Positions 1 to 14,330 are shown, numbered from the stretch's first letter. The stretch is DNA of 64,000 bases from Octopus vulgaris (GCA_951406725.2 OX597822.1:109616001-109680000), one strand, 5' to 3'. Numbers and translations: made by a program. Notes: generated by a model not told the origin, from the sequence alone.

Positions 1-2020
1 TAACGGGTTATTCAGGCACTCAAGTATGGGGCCACTGCATCTTATAACAGAAACAGCCGTAAGCTAATGAAGTTAATTTGTTGTCTCTTTTTTTTTCTTA
101 ATGGTATTATATTTGCATATCATAAACTTAATTACCGAAAATAATATCTGAAAAAAGCCAGATGTAATTTAGGTGTATTTGGACCCTATTTCCAGTAGAT
201 CAATTGACAAGGCAGAAGTACATTTGTCTATACGTCTTATGATCCGATACATAGTGTCATTGTCTTATATACAAAAAAAAACTAAGTTAGCAATACTGGA
301 AGTAGAGGAGACGATAACTTCCTATACATTCTCTCTCTCTATCTCTCACACACATACAAACACAAACACTCTACTTCTCTCTCTCACTCATTCACATAAA
401 CATTCCCCTTCTCTCTCTCACACACACACGAACATTCCCCTTCTCTCTCCCCCACACACAAACACACCACTTCTCTCTCTCTCTCTCTATTTCTCTTCCA
501 CTCTCCTTCCTTCAAAATTACAATTGCTATAGATTCCTTTTCACCATAATCTTGATGTATAAAGTTCCGACTTTATTTTGGGGAAGGCTGATTGCGTAAG
601 GCATGAGTAAAACCGAAGTGATATTTTATACGAGTAAGATCTGCAAGAGTTTCAGTTCCATACACGGATAACCTTCTATTAGCAACATTCTGAAATGTTC
701 TCTGTAGCAGAGGTTGAAATTGTTGCACTAATGCTTCGTCTGATTGAATATATTTCTCAGAATGTTATCTACTTTTTAATTCGCTCAGTCTCTATATTTC
801 GTCTCTCTTTCACCTCTTTATTCTCTATTTGTCTATCTATCGTCTCTCCCTCCTTCTTTACCTTTCCATATCTCTCTACACACACACACATGAACACGTA
901 TATGATTACATACATTCATACACACACACTCATACACACACACACGCAAAGAAATATATATATATATATATTTATATTTGCATTTATAGATATACATATA
1001 TGTACCCAAATATGCATTTAACACTTGCTAATTCTGGTCCTTCTATTACATTGTCGCATGCACACACCGTTGGCTTACTTTATAGATGGAGGAAGTGGAT
1101 ATTCATCACATCAATATATTATCAAATTAGCTAAAACATAGCATTTTCTAGCATAAGGAGTGCAATACTCATAAATATAAGTATCTAAATTCTTCTGGGA
1201 GCAATAAATCAGAAGAAAACATCATAAAAAAATAATGTGAATGTCTAAACAACGCGGAATCATTATTGTAATATTATTTGAATTTCTGTACGCAAATGAC
1301 ATCGTATTTTTTTACACATTACCATACTGAAATAGCCTGAAAATCACCGATGAGTTATTGAATTTTATTTGATAGCTCAAAATAAAGCAATAACGCCGTT
1401 AGTAGTTAAGTATAAACAACTCGACTTTTGTATATAACAAATAAATATATGCAAATGAAGATGAGAAGGAGGAAAGCGAAGCGCAAAATGCAGTTATAAA
1501 TCCTAAAATATTTAAAGTAGAGTGATTTCTGCAATACAAGACTATGAGGAATTTAAATCATGTTTAATAACAAAAAAGCAATATTAAATCACTGTCTACT
1601 TGTTTTTTTTTTTCTTCTCTTGATCACTCTCCAATTTTTTTTTGTCTTTTTATCTTGCTTCACTTTGTCCAATGTTCTATAGTGATATTTCTAAAAGAGG
1701 GTGTTTTGCCCTTGTATGGTTGATTAAAGTACAGTTGCGTAAAATGCAAAGGGGACTCTACAAAAGTGTGCCTTTATTCAGTAAATGTTACAGTCATGAC
1801 AGTTATATCTTTATTTTCGAAGAGATTTGTGAGATATTAGTAAATTTATCTATTCTCTTCGGCATATATAAAATGAATTGTATATATATCGAATTAGAAA
1901 GAGCTCGAAGATAGCCACCGATTAACAAACATCAGTGCATAATCATATATTGTAAACGGAGTTGGTGACGGAATAAATACAGATTTTATAATTATATACA
2001 TGAGCGTGTATGTATATACG

Positions 2021-2280
2021 TAAATAAATCAACATTCTAATATCCTAAAGATAATAAACCAACTAAATCGTTTCTCCATTTTCTTATTTGTTTATATACA
2101 CATATATATGTATGTGTGTGTGGATACGTATATGTTTATATATATATGTATATAAATATACACATATAGTATACAGACAGACACACACACACACATATAT
2201 ATATAATATATTTGAGTATGTGTGTATTACACTATGTGTGTATATATATGTATATATATATATATGTATGTATGTATATA

Positions 2281-2322
<42 letters not shown>

Positions 2323-2331
2323 CATACATAC

Positions 2332-2380
<49 letters not shown>

Positions 2381-2745
2381 AATAAGAAAATGGAGAAACG
2401 CTTTAGTTGGTTATTAGCTTTAGGATATTAGAATGCTGATTTATTTAATTAACAAAACAAGAACGGTAATAACATACATATATACATTAAAATTTAATAC
2501 ATGTAAAATAAGAATACAATTATAAAAACCTTAATATAAATTACTGGAATCATTAAAATCAGTCTTACAGCTGTTTCAGCCTTTGGAAAAAGTAATTAGT
2601 TATACTCTTACAAGTCAAATTATCGAGGCTGTAGGCAGTTAAACATGAGGTACTTATATATTTCCATAGGCCTCGTCAGAGAGTATAAAGTACATTAAAG
2701 ATATAAATATATACATGAAAGAAGATACACGTACAAATCAATATA

Positions 2746-2783
<38 letters not shown>

Positions 2784-2833
2784 CAAATAAATACGCACGT
2801 TTATATACATATACACACACACACACACATATA

Positions 2834-2891
<58 letters not shown>

Positions 2892-3040
2892 TGGAGCGCA
2901 ATTCTTATCATATATGTATTGAATTTTAATGTATGTATGCATGTTATTATGGTTCTCGTTTTGTTAATTAAATAAATCAACATTCTAATATCCTAAAGCT
3001 AATAAACTAACTAAATTGTTTCTCCATTTTCATATTTGTA
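2021..3040. repeat. Three copies of an ~70-85 bp end sequence in alternating orientation (2021-2090 +, 2379-2465 -, 2953-3040 +) around (TA)n; PLE-type inverted pseudo-LTR ends
   Basis: aaataaatcaacattctaatatcctaaag...tttctccattttc occurs at 2022 and 2970, with its reverse complement at 2379-2445. An HHR lies inside the 2379-2700 unit. Confidence 0.75.
2560..2685 (-). ncRNA. Type I hammerhead ribozyme motif with long stem II insertion
   Basis: Minus strand reads tactct-CTGACGA-ggcctatggaaa...tttccaaaggct-GAAA-cagctg-TA-agactg: canonical core, palindromic stem III (acagctgt), GUA cleavage triplet. Confidence 0.75.
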
Positions 3041-3180
3041 TTATAAATTAATGGTAAAATATTTCTTTACCTTCACCCATTTAATACAATAAGTAAGTTA
3101 ATTGCATAGCAATTAAAAACACATCTGTATATTGGATAAGCTTTATCTCTTAGTGGGTTGGTGTTATATATATATATATA

Positions 3181-3378
3181 GCGCCATGATGGATCGTTAG
3201 CCAATACACCCATTCTTTCTCTCCTTGTTTCAATCCTTGTTTTTTTCTGTGTCCCTTTCTGTAGAAGAGCGTAGGCTCGAAATGTAAAATACTTTTTTCT
3301 ATTCCTGAGCGTTATACTAATACATCTGTTTGTTTTGTACAGCACCTGTCTTCGTCTTTTGTTTTTTTCGTAAACTCT

Positions 3379-3382
<4 letters not shown>
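3181..3382 (+). mobile_element. Short PLE-associated element between (TA)n tracts carrying a variant minimal hammerhead (3256-3289)
   Basis: ttt-CTGTAGA-a-gagc-gtag-gctc-GAAA-tgta-aaa. A related copy lies at 7160-7250 (-) and a 3' fragment at about 18280-18360. Confidence 0.5.
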
Positions 3383-3456
<74 letters not shown>

Positions 3457-3481
3457 AGAGAGAGAGAGAGAGAGAGAGAAC

Positions 3482-4990
3482 AATTAAGAAATTGAGTTAA
3501 TCGTAGGTGGCACTTATATGAAATTTTGCTACCCTGGTAACTATTTATTTATTTTCCCGTGTTATGTGTACACATCATTTATATACCCTTCAACCAGGTT
3601 ATTTGTACACATACATTTATATACACTCGACCAGGTTTCCATATAACCTGCAAATAAAACAGTTACCACATATGGAGTTATTTGATATGGACGCATCTTT
3701 TAAGGATATACCCATTTCCTCAAGGAAGGTTTTCCTTAAACAACAACTTTATTAAGCGTATTAGAAGGCTTTCTTTTTTCTTCGACAATAAAAGCATTAA
3801 ACAACCTCCTAATGATCTGCTTTCCAGAATGGTTTAAATCTGAAAACAATCCTCCACCTGACCCAAGATTGAACCAGTTTAAAGACGATCACTGGTCTAT
3901 CCTGAGGAATGTGAAATTCCATCGTTCACGCTTAAGGAATAAACATCTGAGGTATCTTCGCAATATCACCAAAGAAATTCATAACATTGATGAGATGCTA
4001 GTTCAATCTGATAAAACAAAAAATTTATACAAACTTACCAAGGATTACTACCTAGAATTGGTTAGAAAAGAAATACAGAAGAATTATAGGATTACTGGTA
4101 AAAGTGTTCTCAGAAAAGTCAACCTTCAGCCTAAGAAAATTATGAAGAAATATGACTCACAGATGAAGATTGAACCTCTCGATCTCAAACAAAATCGTTT
4201 TATTTTTAAAAGATCACAAACTAGATGTTTTAATAATCCACCGTTACGACTTATACACCAATCTATAAAATTCGACTCTTAACTCTCTTCTTATATTTTA
4301 TTTCCACTACATATATCTATCTCCACGCCTTTAAGTTTATTTCCACTTGTCTATCACACTATTTTTCTCCAGTCTTAATTTTCTGTTCATTTCTTTCTCC
4401 TTCCTTCGCTCTAAATTGCCTTTGCCATTAAATCTATTAATGGATTTTTAAAAAAATAACTTGCCGGCGTTCCCTTCATCATACACGCGGTAATCACATT
4501 CTGTTAAAATGGATTATTGATGTGGTTCGTTTCTCTTTTTCCTTTGACGAGATAATTACATTGTTTTTCATCATATTATTCCCTCAGGGATACTACAAAT
4601 GGTTTCTTGAAAACATATGTCGGAAGTGTAAAATTTGGATACCACCTGCGTTTAACTCCTTTTTTTAATTAATTTTTGTAATACAGAGACAGTTCACTAA
4701 AACATGGGATTCCTACCTTTATAAGTAGGCTATAACAAACTTGGAACTTACGTGAAATTTTTCTACCTTGGAAATATTTATCTATCTTTTACGACTTATT
4801 TGTACACATTGAGAAAATACACATACATACATATATGTGTGTGTGTGTATATTTTCTCAATATGTCGTAATAAGATGGAAAAAATATATAAAAAGTCACC
4901 AGGGTAGCAAGATTTCACATAAGTGCCAAGGATATTACGGCCTACTAATAAAGGTACGAATTCCAGGGTTTATTGAAATGTTTTTGTATA
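3482..4990 (+). mobile_element. Degenerate, internally deleted Penelope-like retroelement, Naiad-like clade (5' ORF fragment plus tandem and inverted pLTR pieces)
   Basis: The frameshifted ORF at 3672-4280 gives ASFKDIPIS, FKSENNPP, VQSDKTKNLYKL, LKDHK and FNNPPLRLI, matching PLE N-terminal DKT and KDHK..NNP..RLINP motifs. 3482-3510 is an inverted copy of 4642-4672, 3508-3575 a direct copy of about 4742-4810, and 4681-4820 is inverted at 4848-4990. Confidence 0.8.
4538..4626 (+). ncRNA. Degenerate type I hammerhead motif in the PLE 3' pLTR
   Basis: ttcc-t-TTGACGA-gataatt...ggtttctt-GAAA(A)-catatg-TC-ggaag: palindromic stem III, GUC triplet, C3>U. Confidence 0.5.
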
Positions 4991-5003
4991 TATATATATG
5001 TGT

Positions 5004-5050
<47 letters not shown>

Positions 5051-5349
5051 TGTGTGTATGTATGTGTGTGTGTGCTTGTGTGCAATACAAGCAGAAACTA
5101 GACGAACATAATTAATAACCACACTCAAAATCAAATATATACATATATTCTTCTACATTTATAAAACGGATATTAAAAATTCCAAATATATGAATACAAA
5201 AATGCATATAAATAGATAAATATCGATATATAAAACACAGTGCATTTTAGATTTAAAAGTTATAATACTATGGTATAATTAAAATTTGATATGAAAAAAC
5301 CTTAAAAGGACGTATTAAAATACCATGAAAATATTACAAAATTTAAAAA

Positions 5350-5433
5350 TCCAGCTACGGACCGTTTCAGAGACGTGCCAAATAATATGATATATTTCAT
5401 ATTTTTAAAACTGACACTCCCCTCATCAGGATG
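5350..5433 (-). ncRNA. Type I hammerhead ribozyme motif
   Basis: Minus strand catc-CTGATGA-ggggagtgtca...tggcacgtctct-GAAA-cggtccg-TA-gctg: intact core, about 11-bp stem II, one stem I mismatch. Confidence 0.7.
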
Positions 5434-5613
5434 TTTTTTTTTACTCTTTTAGCCACATTTTGTAAGCCACTTCTTTTTAACAACCGGCATGGCTAATGTT
5501 CAGAAAAGTGTAGATATAAATGTTTACACATATCTACACCCCCCCACCTCCTCACACACACACACATTTCATGTATGTATACATAAATACATATGTAAAT
5601 GTATATATGTAAA

Positions 5614-5691
<78 letters not shown>

Positions 5692-7070
5692 TATATACAT
5701 ATATATATGTACGTACATATGTATTTATATGTGTTGGTATGCATCTATGTATGTCCTTGGTACGACATAAAACTGCGTCAAGTAGTAAGGCACCAAATCG
5801 GGATTTCTGGAGCTGCTAGGTGTGTGAAGATACCCCTTAATTATCATACGTCACTGTTCTGTCCTGTTCGGAAATAGTCGTAACTCTCAAGGTCAAACGG
5901 CAGGTTTCCGCGGGTGGGGTGAAGAATGCTCCCGTTGTTTTTCACAAATTCGTGGAGAGGGCACATCTTCAAGAAGAAAAGTAAAAACTTGCTATCAAAA
6001 TTTATCCCAGTCATATTGCTATGCTTGTCACTGGGACTTATGGTGACTGGGGGCTCCATAAAAGTGTTGTAAATTTTTGTTGTCATATAAACCTATGGAC
6101 GTACGCATGCGCATGCCTTATGTTTTCTTCATTTCTTGATCCCTTGTGTACTGTATATTGTATAAAGTTTTATGGCTACCAATGCGTGGTGAAGAGTCAT
6201 ATACTAGCACATGCACTGGTAAAAGCAACTAAGAAGAATCAGTTTGAATTTGGGATGGCTATAATCTGACAAGATGAGGCAAACATTCTATATGCATGTA
6301 TGTACGTATGACTGTACGTATTTAGGCTTTTTTATGTATGTGTGTGCATCATTATAGGTACGAATAATAGCTGTTTCGCCTGGAACTAAAAATAAACACA
6401 GTTTTAATATTCAAAACTTTAGAAGAGACATAGTGTGCACATGGACTGTATAGAATCTTATTTTAGCTGCTACACAAAAATAGATAAATAATTGAAAACG
6501 TATTTGTTAATATCAATATTTTACATTTTCAGGCAGGTGTGGAACTTGTGGCTTTCCTGCAGTATATTACACTAACCACACATACACACATCAACATATG
6601 TGTATGTGAAGATAGTTTTGTACATCATTATAAGTCCCAAAAGAATGAACATAAGAAATATGTCTGTATACACAAACACACACACATATTCATACGTGCT
6701 TGTGTCTATTTCTATATGTATGTAAATGTATGTTTGTGATTACGTGTATACATATACGTTTATGAGTCTGTGTGCATGTAAATATATACTTTATATCTAT
6801 TTATATTGAAAGTGTGCTTCTTAAAATAGAGTCGTGTTGTCAACAACATATCCAATTTGGCATTGGAAATAATGGAGTTACATTTCCATGCACTGTATTC
6901 CCATTGTTCGTGACTATTCTCAGCACATGCAATTATATGTTAGTAACATTTCATTTTGCACTCTGATACGTAATTATTATTAGGTCTCCGTTTCTAATAA
7001 GATATACCAATTGTTGTATGATGACATATATAAAGATATATGTATTATATTCGGATCTTTCTCTCTCTCA

Positions 7071-7159
<89 letters not shown>

Positions 7160-7163
<4 letters not shown>

Positions 7164-7250
7164 ACAGGAAAACGAAGACGGAAAAAATGGAAAAATCGTT
7201 TACATTTCGAGCCTACGTTCTTCGACAAAGACGAGAATAAGGAAATAGAA
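7160..7250 (-). mobile_element. Second copy of the variant-hammerhead short element
   Basis: Minus strand gtct-TTGTCGA-a-gaac-gtag-gctc-GAAA-tgta, the same family as 3256-3289. Confidence 0.45.
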
Positions 7251-7299
7251 AATTACATCCAACACATATATATATACATCTATACATATTTATATATAT

Positions 7300-7348
<49 letters not shown>

Positions 7349-7394
7349 CATACATGCATACATACATACATACATACATGCATAGAGAGGCATG

Positions 7395-7449
<55 letters not shown>

Positions 7450-7539
7450 GGGTAAAATTAATTAATTAATTAATTAATTAATAATTAATAAGTTTACCAC
7501 GTCGTTCGGTATGTTAAAAGAACCATTATCGGTAAACTT

Positions 7540-8251
<712 letters not shown>

Positions 8252-8437
8252 GTATATATATATATATACATATAGATATTGTACACATATGTTCACAATA
8301 GTAGGAATATCGTACATAGAGGCAAGACTATGTATTTGGTAAACTGGTACTTTTTTTCAATATCTTTGGAAAGAGCAAAATGTAATAGATCATTTTCTGT
8401 GTATAATCACTATATATTCGTCTCGAATATATACATA

Positions 8438-8474
<37 letters not shown>

Positions 8475-8480
8475 CATATA

Positions 8481-8854
8481 CTCTTTTACTATTTTACTTG
8501 TTGCAGTCATTTGACTGCAGCTATGCTGGAGCACCGCATTTAATCGAGCAACTCGACCCCGGGACTTATTCTTTTGTAAGCCCAGTACTTATTCTATCGG
8601 TCTCATTTACCGAACCGCTAAGTAACGGGGACATAAACACACCAGCATCGGTTGTCAAGCAATGCTAGGGGGACAAACACAGACGCACATACACACACAC
8701 GCATATATATATATACATATATACGGCAGTCTTCTTTCAGTTTCCGTCTACCAAATCCACTCACAAGGCTTTGGTCGGCCCCAGGCTATAGTAGAAGACA
8801 CTTGCCCAAGGTGCCACGCAGTGGGACTGAACCCGGAACCGTGTGGTTGGTAAG
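8481..8854 (-). mobile_element. tRNA-derived SINE family A (CORE-like ccttgggcaagtg block), 5'-truncated
   Basis: High identity to copies at 12903, 22844 and 48312, with a (gagtaaaa)n tail. Confidence 0.9.
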
Positions 8855-8856
8855 AT

Positions 8857-8913
<57 letters not shown>

Positions 8914-9033
8914 CAGACAGATAGATAGATAGGTAAATACATATACATATATATACATACTTACAAATATATGCATATGTATATATATGTACGTATATAC
9001 AGATATATGTGTTGGTGCATGTGTATATATATA

Positions 9034-9106
<73 letters not shown>

Positions 9107-11379
9107 GCCGTTGGTGTCGCATTTGTTGTTATTCTTACTCTTGTGGTATTCGTCGTCGTAATTGTGATTTTCTAGCATGAGCAAGATAACCCTGATCGAA
9201 TACCCATATGATCAAAGACATCGAAGACGTCTGATAAATCGATTTACTAGATGCTTTAAATCTTAAATACATTATTGCATTCTTACGACAAATACTCACA
9301 GTGCGTAAATGAATGTACATCATTAGTTAGATCATTTCTTTTATATTCTTTTATAAACTGCGTTGCAATCCCCATTGGACATCTTTAAGGTGTTTTGAAA
9401 TGTTTTAGCTTTCGTGCAACTACATAATTTTCTGTTGATGAGCCAACAGTAAGCTTGATTTGAAATCCAGCTTGGGAATTCTTCTTATTTTTCTTGTATA
9501 TGATTTGACGTGATCAGAATAATGCAGAGAGAATTACGGAATCCAGCGTTAGGCTAAGATGGACGAATAATTGATTATGGTTTAATAGTGATCTAATGAA
9601 TTTGTTTATGAACAGTGAGATAGCCAGAACGTCTAATATATAACTAAAGTTCAGCGGTTTACCAACGCAGTAACTTAAATAGTCAGGTTTTGTGTGAAAA
9701 TGTGTGATAGTCAAGCGAGAATAGATTCCTTTTACATCAGAAATGCGATTTCAAATATAGTTATATTAAAAGTTCCTGAATATAGCCAGTCAGTGAATAT
9801 ACGAATTAGTATATCACATATCATATAACGAGAATGAATACATATTCTTCAATGTGTCTCTGAGTAACTTAGATCTCATAAGTTAAGTAAACCTGATAAA
9901 TTCAACGATTGAGTGCCAATAATGCTTGGCATTATTCAGTATCGTTATGAAAATTCGGTATTTCGATATCGACGAAATGCCTTACCTTTCAAGTCATCCA
10001 GATTCATGAAAACAACTAAAATTATATTACAATGGCTGGCCAACTGTTATAAGTATGATGTTCTTTGTTATAAAAGTATTGTCAAAAAACACGAAAGTCA
10101 TGTGGCGTATGGAAATGTTAGCTCCTGGTTAATGAAATCTACGAAGCAGTTACAATTCCCAATTTAATATCCCTTTTACTTCAAGTATTAGGAAATACAC
10201 TGTCAGTGGCATAGAAACGAATGTATTAGTATCCACTGCATCATAACCAATTCTGCCAAAGCTAATACGGTGTTTGTTGTTTCTTTATATTTGTCACAAA
10301 TAACTAAATCCTATGACCCACTTATGTTCAGCATCTTTTCCTTCGTGTTAAATTTTGTAAAATCTAACATTGTTATAAAGCAATTCCTGCGTACGTAGTT
10401 TAGTTTCTTGGGGCAAAAGTTACAACGGGATGAATACACTTGCATAGGTTTGCACTCGAAAACTACATTTTGTTGATGTTCTTGTTGAAATTTATGTGAC
10501 CTGTCTGCTTTTCCTATTCATTTATATTTTTGAAATCTTGGATAGGAGATGAATATAATATGATATTATTCCTCTTTTAAGAGATAAAATACTTGTGAAT
10601 GTTTCGGGAAAATTACTCTTTATCGAAGCATATCTCTGTTTTTCCTCAAACATGAAAGTTTAGAAACTAAATCAGTCTATATACTGCATGATTATCAAGA
10701 TATAACAACAACGCTCGTGCTGATATGTTGGTCTACCTGCGTAGTAAATCAAACATATTTTATTTGCGTATTAGGCTGGAAAGGTCCTGTCATTTTTTAC
10801 CTGATCTATTTAGGGTTAAACTTTCAAGACTTACAATAAATTAAGATTTACTTTTCACATTGTAATGTGTTTCAGGCGTTGCAGAATACTATTAACCATA
10901 GAAGTTAAATTCGTATCGATTAAATAAATTTAAAATAGGCCTCGATCTGACCGATATCAGACACGGCATCCTGTATTAATTCAAAAGGACAGCTCTAACA
11001 AAGAAAAAAAAAAACAATATGTTTTGTCTATGAAATGAAGCTTTAAGTGTCCGCACATGCAACCAATTGCGTGGCCGGTATCAGTCAACATTTATTTTTG
11101 TCCTTTTGCAGATACCATTGAATCTAAATTACGTCAATGTTGAGGTTTGAAAACTGTAGTTGAAGTCTATTCAAATCAAGCTGTGACACAATTAACGAAC
11201 TAATTCAAGTCACCCTTTCGATCATAATACACCTTCATAACTAACAAAAAATCTCCAAACTTTGCCAGACGGTCCCTCATCAGCTGGCTGTCTCCTCCCT
11301 TAATCAAAGTGTTGCCTGCAACTCGTCACTTAAGATTAGACTTGCTATTGAATACTTCCTTGGTAGAACAGCACGAGTA

Positions 11380-11660
11380 AGGAAAAGTGGATTTTCTACA
11401 GCCAGGCCTAACAAACACCGCAATGCTTAGCACACACTGATACAATAGCACCTATCAATAGACCTGGACTACACCTAAAACAGGTTATGCTCTATTTTTG
11501 GTACGATAGAAACGGTGCCGATTACCATGAGTTAAACCAAAATACAACTCTTAATGCGAAGTATCATCGCCAAGTCGACATTGCGAAACAATTGGGAACA
11601 AATTGACCATCATTGGTCAGTCACAAGGGAGTGTTACTCTTACGCGATAATATAAGAACT
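11380..11660 (+). pseudogene. Mariner transposase fragment
   Basis: Translates to GLHLKQVMLYFWYDRNGADYHEL..NTTLNAKY, matching the mariner HP.K.ML.VWWD..G.IY.ELL block. Confidence 0.65.
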
Positions 11661-12638
11661 AGTCAACTTGCGGTTCAAGCGTTCCAGTAAGCGAGTCGAG
11701 GAAATACTGCGATTCGGCCTGGATCTCGACAATGGTATTAAAACAGTGACCTTTTGAGCTTCATTTTCATCTTGGGGAAGAGATGGAAGTCCGTAGGGGC
11801 TAAATCTGGCGAATAGGGGGGATGTGGAATCGATACCATGTTGTGAGAGGAGCTCGGAGGAGATCTACTTTTCCGCACGCCAGGTGGCTTTCGCCAAATA
11901 TCCTCCCTCAAACGCTTCAAAACGTGACAGTAGAACTCTCGATTAACGGCTTGACCCTGGAGGACGTATATTCTACCCCACAATACCGCAGATATAAAAA
12001 AAAACGATGTGCATGCTCTTTATTGAGCTGCGGCTTTGTCGTGTTTTCTTCGGTCGAGAAGATTAAGGTCTCTTCCATTGTGACAACTGCTGATTCGTCT
12101 GACGGATATTTTGACAGACTTTCGATGCGATGATCTTTATGCTCAGTGGTCAGCAGGCGAAAGATAAACCTGGCAAAAACACGCTACATGTTCAATTCAG
12201 AAGTGAAGATGTCGTTGATTGTACTCCGACGATTCTCACGGAGAAGCTGTTTAATTTTACCACATTTCTGGGGTGGGGTGACACTTGTGGCAGATTTTCC
12301 AGATCGCTCATCGCCTTCGAGGGACGTTTTTCTGCATTTGAAACGCCGTGCCATATTGCCGTCTCTCCGTAAGCTTGACAAAGCATGCCCAATACCTCTG
12401 TATCAGAATTCCCAAGTTTAACGCAAAATTTTACGTTGGCTCTTTGTTCCAGCTGCCTATCCGTGAGAAATTAACAGATTACAGCGTATACGTGATCACA
12501 AAAGCACAAATTTCACACCGCGATAAAACTCTGCACGCTGTCTCATGAAAGCCACTGCTAGCTCTTCCTGCGCACACAGCTTTGTAGTTCCATTTGTTGG
12601 CGCGGTACAGTCCGGGAAATTTTTGATACCCCCTCGTA
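11660..12638 (-). mobile_element. Mariner element remnant (irritans-like TIR tacgagggg...), frameshifted transposase
   Basis: HPPYSPDLAPTDFHLFPKMK motif in ORF 11738-11983, N-terminal HTH pieces at 12184-12392, TIR-like end at 12612-12638. Confidence 0.9.
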
Positions 12639-12902
12639 TAATGATAAAAGTATCAATGCAACATTTTCTGATATAACAATTTAAATGAGATGAGGGATGC
12701 ATTCTTCAAGTGCTACAATTCTCATTCTAAATCCCACTCATACACGTATTTACCTTTTCGACTCAGTTCTCTTAAGCATTGTTGCATATTTCCTTATTTC
12801 ATATATCGACTGTATTGCTATTTTCGTCATAGGAAATCGAAACTGCTTTTATAATTTGCTCTCCGTTCCTATAGAAAAGATATACAGATACATATATATA
12901 TA

Positions 12903-13258
12903 CTCTTTTACTCTTTTACTTTTTCAGTCATTTTGACTGCGGCCATGCTGGAGCACCGCCTTTAGTCGAGCAAATCGACCCCGGTACCTATTCTTTGTAA
13001 GCCCAGTGCTTATTCCATCGGTCTCCTTTGCTGAACCGCTAAGTGACGGGGACGCAAACACACCAGCATCGGTTGTCAAGCAATGCTAGGGGGACAAGGC
13101 TTCTTTCAGTTTCCGTCTACCAAATCCACTCACAAGGAATTGGTCGGCCCGGGGCTATAGCAGAAGACACTTGCCCCAAGATGCCACGCAGTGGGACTGA
13201 ACCCGGAACCATGTGGTTGGTTAGCAAGCTACTTACCACACAGCCACTCCTGCGCCTA
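12903..13258 (-). mobile_element. SINE family A, full head, central microsatellite deleted
   Basis: A box tggctgtgtgg, B box ggttcagtccc, identity to other copies. Confidence 0.9.
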
Positions 13259-13278
13259 TATATATATATATATATATA

Positions 13279-13640
13279 TCTCTTATTATAAAAGGCAGAT
13301 TTTATCTGCCTCCCTTTGGGAGTTATACAAATCTACAATATAGGATTTCTTCAATTACAATTTACCTAGCATTTTTAAGAGTACAATGCATCGCGTCATG
13401 CCAGGTCCAGTTTTTAAAATTTAAACTCCAATTAAGCAAAATTTACAGAAAACTCACTTTCTGGTGTGTGTGTCAAATGCTTTTCTTAGTCTGGTTTACA
13501 CCACACGCAAACGCACACACACAGTGGGCAACGAATAAAATGAAAGTAATTCACTTACTGTAGTGAGTGATTCTTTCACACTGCCTCCCACTTCCTCTTT
13601 CCACACATAGACACGCAAATATATAAATAAAATTGTAAGC
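13279..13640 (+). mobile_element. Probable non-autonomous Helitron 5' portion
   Basis: Starts A|TCtcttattataaaa, similar to the 14827 element. No 3' CTAG end was identified. Confidence 0.35.
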
Positions 13641-13644
13641 TAAC

Positions 13645-13680
<36 letters not shown>

Positions 13681-13774
13681 GTGCGTGTGTGTGTGTGTGT
13701 GTGTGCGTGTGCGTGAGTGTGTGACAGGAACGTTTTTTACGACGAATATAAGACCTACATCCAAGTAGCAGAAA

Positions 13775-14042
13775 GATAAGACAGTAAGGTGTGATTTGAG
13801 GGAGATTTGGCTGCTATTTCTACCATGTCTAGCTGCCATGTAGGGGTCTCCCTCATAGGCTCATACATACATAGAAATACATAGATAAGACAGTAAGGTG
13901 TGATTTGGGGGAAATTTGGCTGCTATTTCTACCAGGTCTAGCTACCATGTAGAGGTCCCCCTCATTGGCTCATATATATATACATACATAAGACAGTAAG
14001 GTGTGATTTGAGGGAGATTTCGCTGCTGTTTCTACCAGGTCT
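13775..14042 (+). repeat. Tandem repeat, ~105-110 bp unit x2.5
   Basis: ataagacagtaaggtgtgatttg(a/g)ggga.atttggctgctatttctacca repeats at about 13776, 13885 and 13988. Confidence 0.9.
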
Positions 14043-14109
14043 GTTAGGCCTTCTCATGTAAACTCAAGCTTTCTCATGCCTTGAACATAAGACCAAAGCA
14101 GAGAATGTA

Positions 14110-14330
14110 TTCTTTTATTCTTCTGCTTTTTCCAGCCATTGGTCTGTGGCCATGCTGGGGCAATGCCTTGAAGAATTGTAGTTTAATGAATCAACTCCAG
14201 TTTTATGTTTGTAAGCATTGTACTTATTCTATCTGTTTCCTTTGTCAAACCACTAGGTGACAGGGATGTAAACAAACCAACATTCGTTGTCAAGCAATGG
14301 TGGAGGACAATCACAAGCACAGGCACGCAC
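14110..14330 (-). mobile_element. Older SINE family A 3' half
   Basis: Diverged match to the ggccatgctgg...tacttattctat...ggttgtcaagcaat segment. Confidence 0.65.

Noticed and set aside
11091-11150. Strong acceptor tttttgtccttttgcAG as a possible upstream channel exon
   Set aside because: No frame resembles a Cys-loop extracellular domain, and two frames stop quickly.
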